Assembly (NCBI GenBank): GCA_022450865.1
Contig: JAKUOQ010000003.1
Location: 1 to 61,356, forward strand
DNA: 61,356 bases
Source of the DNA: Nitrospinales bacterium
GTDB lineage: Bacteria; Nitrospinota; Nitrospinia; Nitrospinales; VA-1
Direction of reading: 5' to 3'
Position 1 is the first letter of the stretch. Every line of letters begins with the position of its first letter. Shown in pieces: positions 10,724-20,355 of the stretch. The position numbers were made by a program, and so were the translations under genes. The notes beneath the pieces are model-generated. The model saw only the letters and a list, made by a program, of their open reading frames with translations, had not been told where the DNA came from and did no database searches.

Positions 10724-11869
10724 CTATAAGCCAGCAGATTCAAAGGAATCACTCACATTGCGAATACGGAGTTTTCGTCTTATTGCCGCAAATCCTGCGG
10801 AAGTTCTTCTACCCAGCCCAGAACGATAAACCGGTTTTACTGCTAGCCTTGCCTTTAAAGGATCTTCTGTGAAAAATCGTGTATCCAAAGGACTCAGAAA
10901 TCGGCATGCTGGGTATAACCATTTAAGAGGAAGATGATTACGCTGAATGGCTTGATCCATATGCTCTGCAAGCTCTACCAGATTTGGATAGCTGGAATTT
11001 TCTTTCATACTATCTCGCTGTAAAAGAATCAGCGGAATGATTCCAGAATTTATCAAACGATCGATACCCTCTTTAAACTTATCCTGAGAACCTTCACTCA
11101 TTATCAGATCAGTCAAAACCGTACCTGGAGAGAAAACACTCGACGCATACTCCAACGCTTCATAAGTTTTTTCAGCGGCCATAATTTTTTTTGACTTAGC
11201 GGTTCCGAAAAATCCTTCAAGGGGAAAGTTAACAATGTCAAATCCCGATGCATAAACACAATCGATGGTGTTTTTATTTAACGGAGGGAATCCTTTTAAG
11301 GCTACAAAAGTATTGAAACGTTTTTTGATCGCTTCGACCAACGGTGCCAATCTTTGAAAACCTCTGTCATCATCATTACTGTAATCCATATTCAATTGAA
11401 TCAGATCAGCTGCACCCTCTTCGAACGCAGCCTGGATAACAGAAAGAATAGCTTCGATGGGCATGCTTAATTCCTTCCCCTTTCCGATTGCGCGAAGAAA
11501 AACATTAAAACAATAACCATCAAGACAAATATTTTCTGACACTGGAGTACGTCTTTTTAGCTGTTGTTTTAGAAAATCAGGGACAGGAATAATACTCACA
11601 TCCGTTTCACCCTCTTCCATATATAACCGCAACCGGTCTTGCTGGGAAATCAACTTTGGGCCATCTTTATCGGGAGGGTTCAACGTGGTTTTGACTATAA
11701 AATCTTCAGCCAAGGCCAAGGTTATCTCTTCACCTGGCTCTGCAGAGCAAAGTCCTCGCGATACTTCCGAAAGCCCATGTATTAAGGTTGGAATTGCTAA
11801 GCCTCTTTGAATCAGTCCTAGTTTTATTTGTCCAAAGTATTTTTTATCCATATATTCAGGCTGATCCAT
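10724..11869 (-). CDS. hypothetical protein, radical-SAM/BioB-like layout without the CX3CX2C triad
   Basis: The 381-aa ORF begins 12 nt after the mpl stop. Only a CX4C pair (ICLDGYCFNVF, nt 11510-11527) sits where the cluster loop would be. The downstream segments (IQLNMDYSNDDD, VYASGFDIVNFPLEG, TDLIMSEGSQDKF) resemble the rSAM barrel order. The functional call is inference. Confidence 0.55.
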   Translation of the reverse strand: MDQPEYMDKKYFGQIKLGLIQRGLAIPTLIHGLSEVSRGLCSAEPGEEITLALAEDFIVKTTLNPPDKDGPKLISQQDRLRLYMEEGETDVSIIPVPDFLKQQLKRRTPVSENICLDGYCFNVFLRAIGKGKELSMPIEAILSVIQAAFEEGAADLIQLNMDYSNDDDRGFQRLAPLVEAIKKRFNTFVALKGFPPLNKNTIDCVYASGFDIVNFPLEGFFGTAKSKKIMAAEKTYEALEYASSVFSPGTVLTDLIMSEGSQDKFKEGIDRLINSGIIPLILLQRDSMKENSSYPNLVELAEHMDQAIQRNHLPLKWLYPACRFLSPLDTRFFTEDPLKARLAVKPVYRSGLGRRTSAGFAAIRRKLRIRNVSDSFESAGL

Positions 11870-11881
11870 TTAGGTAAGAAC

Positions 11882-13285
11882 CTATAGATTTTCTAATATT
11901 TTTTGATGAATTCCACCAAAACCCCCGGAGGACATAACAAGAATCACATTACCTGCTTTTGAATTTTTGGTTATGAACTCTACTATATCATCTACTTGCG
12001 GAATATAGTCGGCTATCCCTCCCAATTCACAAATAGATGCTGCCACGCCTTCGATATCAAGACGCTCTTCTTCCTTTATTTTTTCTGGAGCAAACAGTTT
12101 GGAAAAAATAACTCGATCTGCCTTTAAAAAACTATTCGGGAAAGAATCTTCAAACACTTTTCTACGCGATGTCGCGGACCTCGGCTCAAAAACTGCCCAG
12201 ACCTTCTGACCAGGGTAAGCCTTTTTTACCGCATCAATTGTTAAATCAATTGCCGTGGGGTGATGCGCAAAATCATCTATGACTGTTATACCCTTTTTCT
12301 CCCCCACAATTTCCTGCCTACGTTTAACTCCCTTAAAGGTTCGGAAACCTTCATTAATCTCATCTTTCGTCAATCCAAGATTGAAACAAAGTCCAGCTAC
12401 AGCAGCGGCATTTTCCACATTATGTCGACCTATCATTGCCAATTCAAAATCTCCACGATGTTGGTTTTTAAATGCCAACGAAAAATGTCCAAACCCTTTT
12501 TCAAATCGATAACTTTCGATTCGCCATTCAGCCGCCTCATCATAACCATAAGTTTCTATATTACATGAGGCAGATTTAATCACTTCCCGAATATTATTGT
12601 CATCCGATTTAACCAGCATAACGCCGTCGGGCTTAATTAGCCCTACATAATCTCGAAAAACCTGTTTGATCTGCTCCAGATCGTTAAATATATCCGCGTG
12701 ATCAAATTCTATACTCGTTAAAATGGAGGCATCAGGCCTGTAATGGAGGAATTTTGGTCCCTTATCAAAAAATGCACTATCATATTCATCCCCTTCGGTT
12801 ACAAAATACTCACCCTGAGAAACTTGGTAGTTAGTATCAAAATTTTTCAACCAACCTCCGACCATAAATCCTGGCTTCCGGTTAGACGATTCAAGAACCC
12901 AACTCAATAAAGAAGTCGTTGTCGTCTTACCGTGGGTACCTGTTACCACAAGAGATTTTTTCCCTTCTAAAAAAAACTGGGAAAGAGCTGCCGGGAATGA
13001 GGTATAGGGAATCCCTGCTTCTATAACCGCCTGCACTTCTTCATTGGTTTTAGAAACAGCATTGCCAACAATGACCAGGTCGATATCCTTAAAAATATTT
13101 TCCTTTTTATACCCTGGAAAAATTTCAATGCCCGCATCGTTCAACAATATGCTCATGGGGGGATAGATATTCGCATCCGACCCTGTGACAGAATATCCAG
13201 CCTTTTTGAGCAATCCTGCAAGTGCAGCCATGCCTGTGCCACATATCGCTATAAGATAAATGTTTTTAATGCCTTTGGGTTCCAT
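11882..13285 (-). CDS. mpl: UDP-N-acetylmuramate:L-alanyl-gamma-D-glutamyl-meso-diaminopimelate ligase
   Basis: IAICGTGMAALAGLLKKAGYSVTGSDANIYPPMS is the Mpl-type N-terminus. The Mur ligase P-loop is GTHGKTTT. Confidence 0.85.
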   Translation of the reverse strand: MEPKGIKNIYLIAICGTGMAALAGLLKKAGYSVTGSDANIYPPMSILLNDAGIEIFPGYKKENIFKDIDLVIVGNAVSKTNEEVQAVIEAGIPYTSFPAALSQFFLEGKKSLVVTGTHGKTTTTSLLSWVLESSNRKPGFMVGGWLKNFDTNYQVSQGEYFVTEGDEYDSAFFDKGPKFLHYRPDASILTSIEFDHADIFNDLEQIKQVFRDYVGLIKPDGVMLVKSDDNNIREVIKSASCNIETYGYDEAAEWRIESYRFEKGFGHFSLAFKNQHRGDFELAMIGRHNVENAAAVAGLCFNLGLTKDEINEGFRTFKGVKRRQEIVGEKKGITVIDDFAHHPTAIDLTIDAVKKAYPGQKVWAVFEPRSATSRRKVFEDSFPNSFLKADRVIFSKLFAPEKIKEEERLDIEGVAASICELGGIADYIPQVDDIVEFITKNSKAGNVILVMSSGGFGGIHQKILENL

Positions 13286-13395
13286 AGGAAGGAGGCATTG
13301 TAGAAACTACCTAGTATAAAGTCAACCGTCTAGCGGAAGAGGAAACTTAAAGCTACCCAACAGATGTTCATAGGTTAACCATTGGAATCGCCTTT

Positions 13396-14040
13396 CTAAC
13401 AAAACATTTCTTTTAGTTTAGAAAGGCAATCGATAGAGCAATCAGGGTTAGCAGTGGCAATTTCCTCTGGAAACCCTAAACCAAAGTTGGCGATACAGGT
13501 GTATACGCCTGCCCTCTTCCCCGTTTCAACGTCAACAGGACTATCACCTATAAGGACTGCCTCATCAGCTGAAACATTTAATTGTTCCAATATAGAAATC
13601 AAACCTTCAGGGTCTGGTTTTTTTGAATTAACACTATCCCCACCAATTATTAAGTCAAAAGAATGTAATCTATTCAAGGAATCCAGAATACGACGTACAA
13701 AATCTTCCGGCTTGTTGGAACAGATTGCCTGCTTTTTATTTTTAAAATGCTCGAGAATTTCCCTGCCGTGAGGATAAAAATCGGTGTGGTGGACTAGGTT
13801 TTCTGAATAATGCTTTTTAAAGAGAGCAACAGCTTGGGGAATATCTGTGAAAGAAGAACCTTCTAACGTTTGCGACATCAAACGTTCCACACCTTTCCCA
13901 ACATATTTACGAATCGTCTCCCGAGGCAACTGAGGAAGACTGAGATCAGCTAAAGTAAGATTGACCGAATCAGTAATGTCAAAAAGAGTATCTACCAGAG
14001 TCCCATCGAAATCGTAGACGATGAGAGAAATTTGTCGCAT
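13396..14040 (-). CDS. HAD-superfamily phosphatase (phosphoglycolate phosphatase-like)
   Basis: Motif I is VYDFDGTLVDT. A motif II Ser/Thr and motif IV GDSPVDVETG are also present. Confidence 0.8.
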   Translation of the reverse strand: MRQISLIVYDFDGTLVDTLFDITDSVNLTLADLSLPQLPRETIRKYVGKGVERLMSQTLEGSSFTDIPQAVALFKKHYSENLVHHTDFYPHGREILEHFKNKKQAICSNKPEDFVRRILDSLNRLHSFDLIIGGDSVNSKKPDPEGLISILEQLNVSADEAVLIGDSPVDVETGKRAGVYTCIANFGLGFPEEIATANPDCSIDCLSKLKEMFC

Positions 14041-14087
14041 TTCTTATTGTTCTATATTATTAAAAAAAATCGCTCTAAGCCGAGCAG

Positions 14088-14393
14088 CTAATAGTTAGAG
14101 TCATCATAACGGTACGCTTTGACTTTATTTTTATCATCGAAAAGAATGACCAGCCCTTTTGACTCTACTTCACCTAAATTCCATTTATCGATCTGGTATG
14201 TCCACATGGTGTACCCATTTTCATTTCCTTCTTTAAAAGGTACCCCGAACCAGTCAATGATATTTAACTGAGTTGTAATATTATTTTTAATATCTTTGAC
14301 TTTTTCACTATCAAAATCTTTTCCTACCGAAGCACAACCTAGCCATACCGAAAATAATAAAACCATTAAGAGAAAAAAAGGAATTTTTTTCAT
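14088..14393 (-). CDS. small lipoprotein
   Basis: Signal peptide MKKIPFFLLMVLLFSVWLG-C with a lipobox-like LGC. Its ATG overlaps the upstream kinase stop as TAATG at 14391-14395. Confidence 0.6.
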   Translation of the reverse strand: MKKIPFFLLMVLLFSVWLGCASVGKDFDSEKVKDIKNNITTQLNIIDWFGVPFKEGNENGYTMWTYQIDKWNLGEVESKGLVILFDDKNKVKAYRYDDSNY

Positions 14394-15412
14394 TACGCCC
14401 CTCCGTTGGAATAGAGTTTTTTATATTCCAAGAGAATTTTCCCAGCATCCGTGTGAGAGTGAACTGGAAGTCGTCCACCCATATGAGATACAACCTGGGC
14501 AGCACAATAAGAGCCAATAATTGCCGACTCTTCCTGAGAGTAATTTCCCAACACTCCATATAGAGCACCTGCTGCAAACAAGTCACCCGCCCCTGTTGCA
14601 TCCACGGCCTTGACCGGAAAAGTTTTCACTTCGATAGGTTCCAAGCCTCTTTTACCGACTAGAGATCCATTAGAACCCAGAGTTAAAAACACTGTATCAA
14701 CCATCTCCTGTAGCCTTTTAAAAGCTTTTATGGGATCCGCCTCTCCTGTCATCGCGAGGGCTTCCACTTCATTGCAAAAAAGAATATCTACATTCTCTTG
14801 GATGAAATCAACAAGACTCTCTTTAAATGTATTGACAACGAAAGCATCGCTCAAAGTGAAAGAAACGGGTATCCCTGCTTTTTTTGCTAGTCGGGCCATA
14901 CGCAACCCTGCCTCCCGAGTTTCATCTCCCGTCCACAAATATCCTTCCACATAAACACCGCGCGCATTTTTGACTATTCTTTCATCCACGATCTCTGGGT
15001 GAAGAGATGAAGAAACACCCAGATTGGTCAGCATGGTTCTTTCCGTGTCGGGGGTGATAAGAATAACACAGGTTCCCGTTCCCTCCTTATCAGTACCTGG
15101 GCCAATAAACCCCACTCCACAATTTTTCATATCCTCTGTATAATATTTTCCGTTGGCATCATTGGCTACGCGACCGAGATAATAAGATTTTGTTCCAAGC
15201 ACACTTACACCATGCACAGTATTAGCAGCAGAACCCCCAGAAGAAATTTTCTTCGGTTTGGATTCTAGAAATTCCAGAATCTTTTTTTGATCTTCGATAG
15301 AAGACAAGGTCATACCACCCTTGGTCACAGAAGCTTGCTCAATAAAAGCATCATCAACTTGAATTTCAATATCAACCAAAGCGTTACCAATTCCTACCAG
15401 ATCGTAATTCAT
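14393..15412 (-). CDS. PfkB-family kinase, adenosine kinase-like
   Basis: The N-terminus is DLVGIGNALVDIE. The PfkB signature 2 is DATGAGDLFAAG. Confidence 0.8.
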   Translation of the reverse strand: MNYDLVGIGNALVDIEIQVDDAFIEQASVTKGGMTLSSIEDQKKILEFLESKPKKISSGGSAANTVHGVSVLGTKSYYLGRVANDANGKYYTEDMKNCGVGFIGPGTDKEGTGTCVILITPDTERTMLTNLGVSSSLHPEIVDERIVKNARGVYVEGYLWTGDETREAGLRMARLAKKAGIPVSFTLSDAFVVNTFKESLVDFIQENVDILFCNEVEALAMTGEADPIKAFKRLQEMVDTVFLTLGSNGSLVGKRGLEPIEVKTFPVKAVDATGAGDLFAAGALYGVLGNYSQEESAIIGSYCAAQVVSHMGGRLPVHSHTDAGKILLEYKKLYSNGGA

Positions 15413-15417
15413 ACAAA

Positions 15418-15942
15418 TTAGTTCTTTTCGGTTAAAGTTTTATTTATAAAAATTCTATAAATCAGAATGCTAAACAATAATAATCCAGAAACAAAGAAAG
15501 CACCTCCTGATGCCTGAGCAATCAAACCGACTGACTCTTTGGCCGCAACTGTGGACCCCATTCCCGGTGCCATATATCCAGAAAGCATCCAGAATAAGCC
15601 ATAGCCTAATGAACCAAAGCCACTGAGCAAAGATATAGCAAGTTGCGCTTTCACGGGATAAGCCAACCAAGCCACGAGAAGAGAAAATGCAATACTAATT
15701 ACGCCCATAGTCTGTGAATGAAGATGGGCGCGCTTCATATAATTCCATGACTTCTTTACAATTTCGTCTGCTTTAGCTTGATCACCATCATACTTAGCCG
15801 TCATTACCTCTTGCGCACTTATATTTAAAGTTTTTTTAATGCTTTCTTCACAACACCCAAAAGACAAGCCCATCATGCCACCATAAAGAATAGCAATAAT
15901 GGCTACCAGCACACCGTACTTTATATAAGTGAAATTAATCAT
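15418..15942 (-). CDS. integral membrane protein (about 4 TM), function unknown
   Basis: Four hydrophobic stretches are visible in the 174-aa translation. The gene ends 5 nt upstream of the kinase gene. Confidence 0.55.
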   Translation of the reverse strand: MINFTYIKYGVLVAIIAILYGGMMGLSFGCCEESIKKTLNISAQEVMTAKYDGDQAKADEIVKKSWNYMKRAHLHSQTMGVISIAFSLLVAWLAYPVKAQLAISLLSGFGSLGYGLFWMLSGYMAPGMGSTVAAKESVGLIAQASGGAFFVSGLLLFSILIYRIFINKTLTEKN

Positions 15943-16050
15943 GAAGGAATTCCTATATACGAAAGGGAAATCAGACTACAAGTTAGATTCCCTAATCCAG
16001 AGCCAATTGTCAATTGTAAATTTTGTTCTCCCAGAGTAAAATTTTAACCG

Positions 16051-17583
16051 ATGAATAGACATATTTCCATTATCCAACCAATTATTTTTCTACTGGCTGT
16101 CTTCTTCATCTTTCTTCCAACCTTTTCGTTTGCCTCGGTTGATGAAGAAGGTGTAATTTTGTTTCGAAGATCTGTCACGAACATACTTTCAAACTCCTGC
16201 CTTCGAAAAAATAATTATGGAATTAAAATTTATTCTTTGGATCGCGGGGAAACATTGTATGAAATTCGTAGTAAAAAATTACTTATCCCTGCCTCCAACG
16301 CTAAAGTTATTACCACAGCAGTTGCATTAAAATATCTTGGCCCTAATTATCGGTTTTCCACTCAAATTTATACTGATGGAATTTTAGAGAATCAAGTTCT
16401 TAAAGGTAATCTATATATAAAAGGTTCTGGTGATCCCAAACTGGTTACAGAACAACTATGGCTTTTAGTAAATGGATTGAGGAATCTTCCCTTAAAACAA
16501 ATCAAAGGGAATATAATTGGCGATGATTCTTTCTTCGACAAAAAGAAACGGATAAAGACCTGGATTAAAAATCCAGGGGCACAAGCTTATGAAGCGCCAT
16601 TAGGATCGTTATCGTTTAATTTTAATACGATAAAGGTTTATGTGAGTCCGGGACGAAAGGTCGGGGATCAGCCAGAAATTGTTATCGAACCTGAAAACGA
16701 GTACATCAAGCTCGAAAATAACGCACGGACCTTGAAACCAGGAAGACGGAAACGATTAATCGTAAACCGGGTGGATAAAGAAGACCATGATCTTATTACT
16801 ATTTCAGGAGGAATAAACCTGGGCCAACCCCGCGCGCAGTATTTTCTGAATATTACTAAACCCACACAATACACACTAAATATATTTAAATCGTATATTG
16901 AACTTGCAGGAATAAAGTTCGACGGGAAATTGCTGAAAGGAAAACTCCCGGAAAATGCAGTGGAACTTTACACGCATGAAGGCGAACCTCTGGCGTTGGC
17001 CCTGCGTGGCTTGAATAAATTTAGCAATAATTTTGTTGCTGAACAAATTCTTAAAACCATTGGTGCTGAGCGTTTTGGGCCACCAGGTTCAACAAAAAAA
17101 GGGCTAAGCGTTTTTGAAGAATATATAAGGCAACTAGGATATGAATCAGGCCAATACAAAATTTTTGATGGTTCTGGTCTGTCTCGGCAAAATCGCCTAT
17201 CACCTATGATCCTAGTGGATATTTTGCGAAACATCAAAAATGACTTAAGTGTTTATCCAGAGTTTGTTACGGCACTAGGGGTAATGGGTGTAGATGGGAA
17301 TGTGAAGCATAGAATGCGCAAAGTTGAAAGTTCCAGCAAGGCAAGGGTAAAAACAGGAACCTTAAATTTTATCAGCGCGTTATCAGGATTTTTTGAATCA
17401 AAGGATGGGGAGCTCTTCGCCTTTTCAATTTTGATGAACGACTTGAAATGTTCAAATGAAAGGGCAAAAAAAATTCAGGACCAGATTATCCAAAAAGGAT
17501 TAAACTTCCGGCGAGTGCCTACGGGAAGCATTTTGACAGATGACAGAGCAAAGCTGTTTCCGCCCAAACCCTCTAAACCTTGA
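16051..17583 (+). CDS. dacB: D-alanyl-D-alanine carboxypeptidase/endopeptidase (PBP4, peptidase S13)
   Basis: It has a signal peptide, the SxxK motif PASNAKV, and the KTG motif VKTGTL. Length is 510 aa. Confidence 0.85.
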   Translation: MNRHISIIQPIIFLLAVFFIFLPTFSFASVDEEGVILFRRSVTNILSNSCLRKNNYGIKIYSLDRGETLYEIRSKKLLIPASNAKVITTAVALKYLGPNYRFSTQIYTDGILENQVLKGNLYIKGSGDPKLVTEQLWLLVNGLRNLPLKQIKGNIIGDDSFFDKKKRIKTWIKNPGAQAYEAPLGSLSFNFNTIKVYVSPGRKVGDQPEIVIEPENEYIKLENNARTLKPGRRKRLIVNRVDKEDHDLITISGGINLGQPRAQYFLNITKPTQYTLNIFKSYIELAGIKFDGKLLKGKLPENAVELYTHEGEPLALALRGLNKFSNNFVAEQILKTIGAERFGPPGSTKKGLSVFEEYIRQLGYESGQYKIFDGSGLSRQNRLSPMILVDILRNIKNDLSVYPEFVTALGVMGVDGNVKHRMRKVESSSKARVKTGTLNFISALSGFFESKDGELFAFSILMNDLKCSNERAKKIQDQIIQKGLNFRRVPTGSILTDDRAKLFPPKPSKP

Positions 17584-17613
17584 TATTGTTTAGCAGCAAC
17601 AAGACGAATTAAA

Positions 17614-18405
17614 TCAACCAAAAATTTTTCTATTTTCTTTTCGATCTTCCTCGATAATTTTTTTCCAATCCCTTTTTATATTGGGTGCTTCCAGAAATTC
17701 TTCGTAAATGGATTTTGCAAGTTCCATTTTATCTATACCTTCGGGAGCAACCTGTATATCTAGTTGTGCCAAGGCCATATCGAAATCCTTATTAAGCAGA
17801 GATGCCGAGTCCATATTGCATTCTTTTAGAGCTTGTTTAACAACTCCCTGATCTTGCCCAAAGCGTCTTGCAACCTCATTTATGTTGGAGGGCTTATATT
17901 CTTTATTTGGGCCTATGCCCAAGTGGTAAGCACAAAATAAAGTAAACGCATCCAGGTTTCCCACTAATTCTTTCTCGGAGCCTGATGCTATGCGAGTGTC
18001 TTCTGCAGAAACATTTGCATTGGAAGAATTTCGATGTCCATTCTGTTTCCTGTCAATATTATTCCTTGGTCTAGATCCACCATTACTTCCATTTTCTCTT
18101 TGCTGACGTGAGGGATTCCTTCTTTTCTGTCCCTGCGGCTTATTACGGTTATTAGAATTCCCTCCCGATTGGTTTTTGTTTGCCATCAAAATATGTGAAG
18201 TCAGCGCCTGCGAGGAAGTTGGGCTAGAAGACACCCAAGGGTGAATTGATTTTTTCTTAGAACCCGAGTTTCCAGAGGACGAATTTGCAGAAGCTGAATT
18301 TAGGTTTTGATTTGACCTTCTTGAAGAAGAATTTTCCTGGCGGTTATTAGGATTCCGTTTTGGTTTATTGCCGCTGTTTTTTTGAAACTTTCCTGTTTTT
18401 CTCAA
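17614..18405 (-). CDS. hypothetical protein with an N/S/R/K-rich disordered N-terminal half and a ~110-aa folded C-terminal domain
   Basis: TTG start preceded by AAAGGAAAA. About 150 residues are low complexity (NPNNRQENSSSRRSNQN..., NSNNRNKPQGQKRRNPSRQQREN). The DNA shows an internal near-repeat, cggttattag(a/g)attcc. The C-terminal domain begins LDAFTLFCAYHLGIGPNKEY... and I recognise no motif in it. Confidence 0.55.
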   Translation of the reverse strand: MRKTGKFQKNSGNKPKRNPNNRQENSSSRRSNQNLNSASANSSSGNSGSKKKSIHPWVSSSPTSSQALTSHILMANKNQSGGNSNNRNKPQGQKRRNPSRQQRENGSNGGSRPRNNIDRKQNGHRNSSNANVSAEDTRIASGSEKELVGNLDAFTLFCAYHLGIGPNKEYKPSNINEVARRFGQDQGVVKQALKECNMDSASLLNKDFDMALAQLDIQVAPEGIDKMELAKSIYEEFLEAPNIKRDWKKIIEEDRKENRKIFG

Positions 18406-18498
18406 AACGGTTTTCCTTTATAAAAGGTTGAGGTTGATTTCAAGTTTTTCTGCATTTTAAAAAAGTTCCTTTTAAATTTTGATACGATTAATAATTTA

Positions 18499-20313
18499 TT
18501 AGTTTTTTAGAGTTAAATTTTCAAGTTCATCTACCAGAGATGAAAACTTTAAGAGTGCTGTATTTAACGGTTCAGGTGAGTTCATATCTACTCCTGCACC
18601 CTTTAACAAATCAATTGGGTATTTGGAACCACCTGATTTAAGAAAATTAAGGTAATCTCCCAACTCCTGTTCGCCTCCGGAAAGTACACGATCGGCTAAA
18701 GCATATGCGGCTGAGATTCCCGTTGCGTATTTATAAACATAAAAGCTGAAATAGAAGTGAGGAATTCTAAAGCACTCTAGTGAAAGGCAATCGTCTAGCA
18801 CCAAACCCGATCCAAAATAGAGCTCCAGTAAATCTTTATAGATTTCTTGAAAAGTTTCGATTGTAAGTGGTTGGTTATTTTCTGCAACCTCATAAACTCT
18901 GTGCTCGAACTCGGCAAACATAGTTTGCCTATATAGAGTACCACGGAAATTATCTATTTCACGACAAAGTAAGTAAATCCGCATATCCCGCTCAATATCC
19001 TGAGACAGAAAAAACTTTGTCAATAATGATTCATTAAATGTCGATGCAACCTCTGCAACAAATATTGTGTAGTCAGAATATAAATACGGCTGGTTTCTCC
19101 TGGAATAAAAGGAGTGCATGGAATGGCCGGCTTCATGGGCTAAGGTGTATACACTATTTATATTATCCTCTGTAAAGTTCATTAGAATGAAAGGATTCGA
19201 ATCGTAACAACCCGAAGAATAAGCACCGCTTCTCTTACCTTTATTTTCATATCGATCCGTCCATCTATCTTGCAAAAGTCCGTTGCCCATTAATTCAACA
19301 TATTCATTCCCTAAAGGCTGTAGTGCAATTTTAATTTTTTCTACCGCATCCTCATATGGCATATGCCATTTGATATTTTTTACCAGTGGCACACTACAAT
19401 CATAGACATGCAAATCATCAAGACCCAACAAACGTTTTCTTAACTCAAAATATTTATAAAGAGGTTTTAAATTCTGGTGCACCGATTCAATCAGATTGTC
19501 GTATACCCCTTCAGCAATATTTTCTGCAAACATTGCCTTGGCTCTGTAGCCAGAATAATTTCTAGATCGCGAATAAAACAAATCTTTTTTCACGCTCGAT
19601 GAAAGTAACGTAGAGTATGTAAAACGATGCGACTCATAAGCTTTATAATAATTATGAAACGCATCCTTTCTAATCCGACGATCGTAATTCTGCATCAGAC
19701 TCTGAAAATTTCCATGCGTTAAGGGAAGCGGTTCTCCATTTTCATCCTCAATTTCTCCAAGCTGAAGATCGGCATTATCCAGCATGTCAAATGCGTCCTG
19801 CGCAGCTCGGCTTATTTCTCCTGAAGCCGCTAAAAGCTGCTCTTCTTTATCTGTTAAAGTGTGATCGCGATAGCGTAAAAGCTGTTCGAGGTAGAACCTG
19901 TAAAACTCTATTTCCTTCTCTTCAAGAAACTGGTCGATTTGTTCCTCTGGAATAGCCATGATCTCTGGACGAATGAAGCTGGATGCTCTCGCGGCTTCAT
20001 TGAGTAATCTCATCGACTTTTCAAAATTTCCCTGATAAAAACTATTGGTTTTATCCTCATCATTTTTAAGATGGGCAAAAGTATAAAGCTTTTCCAGCCT
20101 TCTGGAAAAGTTCATATCAAACTCAAGGCACTCTTTGAGTTTGATAAAAGATTGTGAAAGCGTTCCCCGGAAGTTGTCGTATTTTGGAACATCGCCTTCC
20201 AGCGCTTCGAGATCTTTATTCCATTCTTCGTGAGATGAATATAATCCCGACAAATCCCATTGAGATTGTTCAGAAATTTCACCTCGATCTAGAGTACCTA
20301 TTTTAGCATCCAT
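18499..20313 (-). CDS. pepF: oligoendopeptidase F (M3B)
   Basis: The zinc motif is HEAGHSMH. Length is 604 aa with an M3B-like layout. Confidence 0.9.
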   Translation of the reverse strand: MDAKIGTLDRGEISEQSQWDLSGLYSSHEEWNKDLEALEGDVPKYDNFRGTLSQSFIKLKECLEFDMNFSRRLEKLYTFAHLKNDEDKTNSFYQGNFEKSMRLLNEAARASSFIRPEIMAIPEEQIDQFLEEKEIEFYRFYLEQLLRYRDHTLTDKEEQLLAASGEISRAAQDAFDMLDNADLQLGEIEDENGEPLPLTHGNFQSLMQNYDRRIRKDAFHNYYKAYESHRFTYSTLLSSSVKKDLFYSRSRNYSGYRAKAMFAENIAEGVYDNLIESVHQNLKPLYKYFELRKRLLGLDDLHVYDCSVPLVKNIKWHMPYEDAVEKIKIALQPLGNEYVELMGNGLLQDRWTDRYENKGKRSGAYSSGCYDSNPFILMNFTEDNINSVYTLAHEAGHSMHSFYSRRNQPYLYSDYTIFVAEVASTFNESLLTKFFLSQDIERDMRIYLLCREIDNFRGTLYRQTMFAEFEHRVYEVAENNQPLTIETFQEIYKDLLELYFGSGLVLDDCLSLECFRIPHFYFSFYVYKYATGISAAYALADRVLSGGEQELGDYLNFLKSGGSKYPIDLLKGAGVDMNSPEPLNTALLKFSSLVDELENLTLKN

Positions 20314-20355
20314 AAAATAAAAAGAAGTAGGAAACGAATAATTTCCCCTGGGCGG

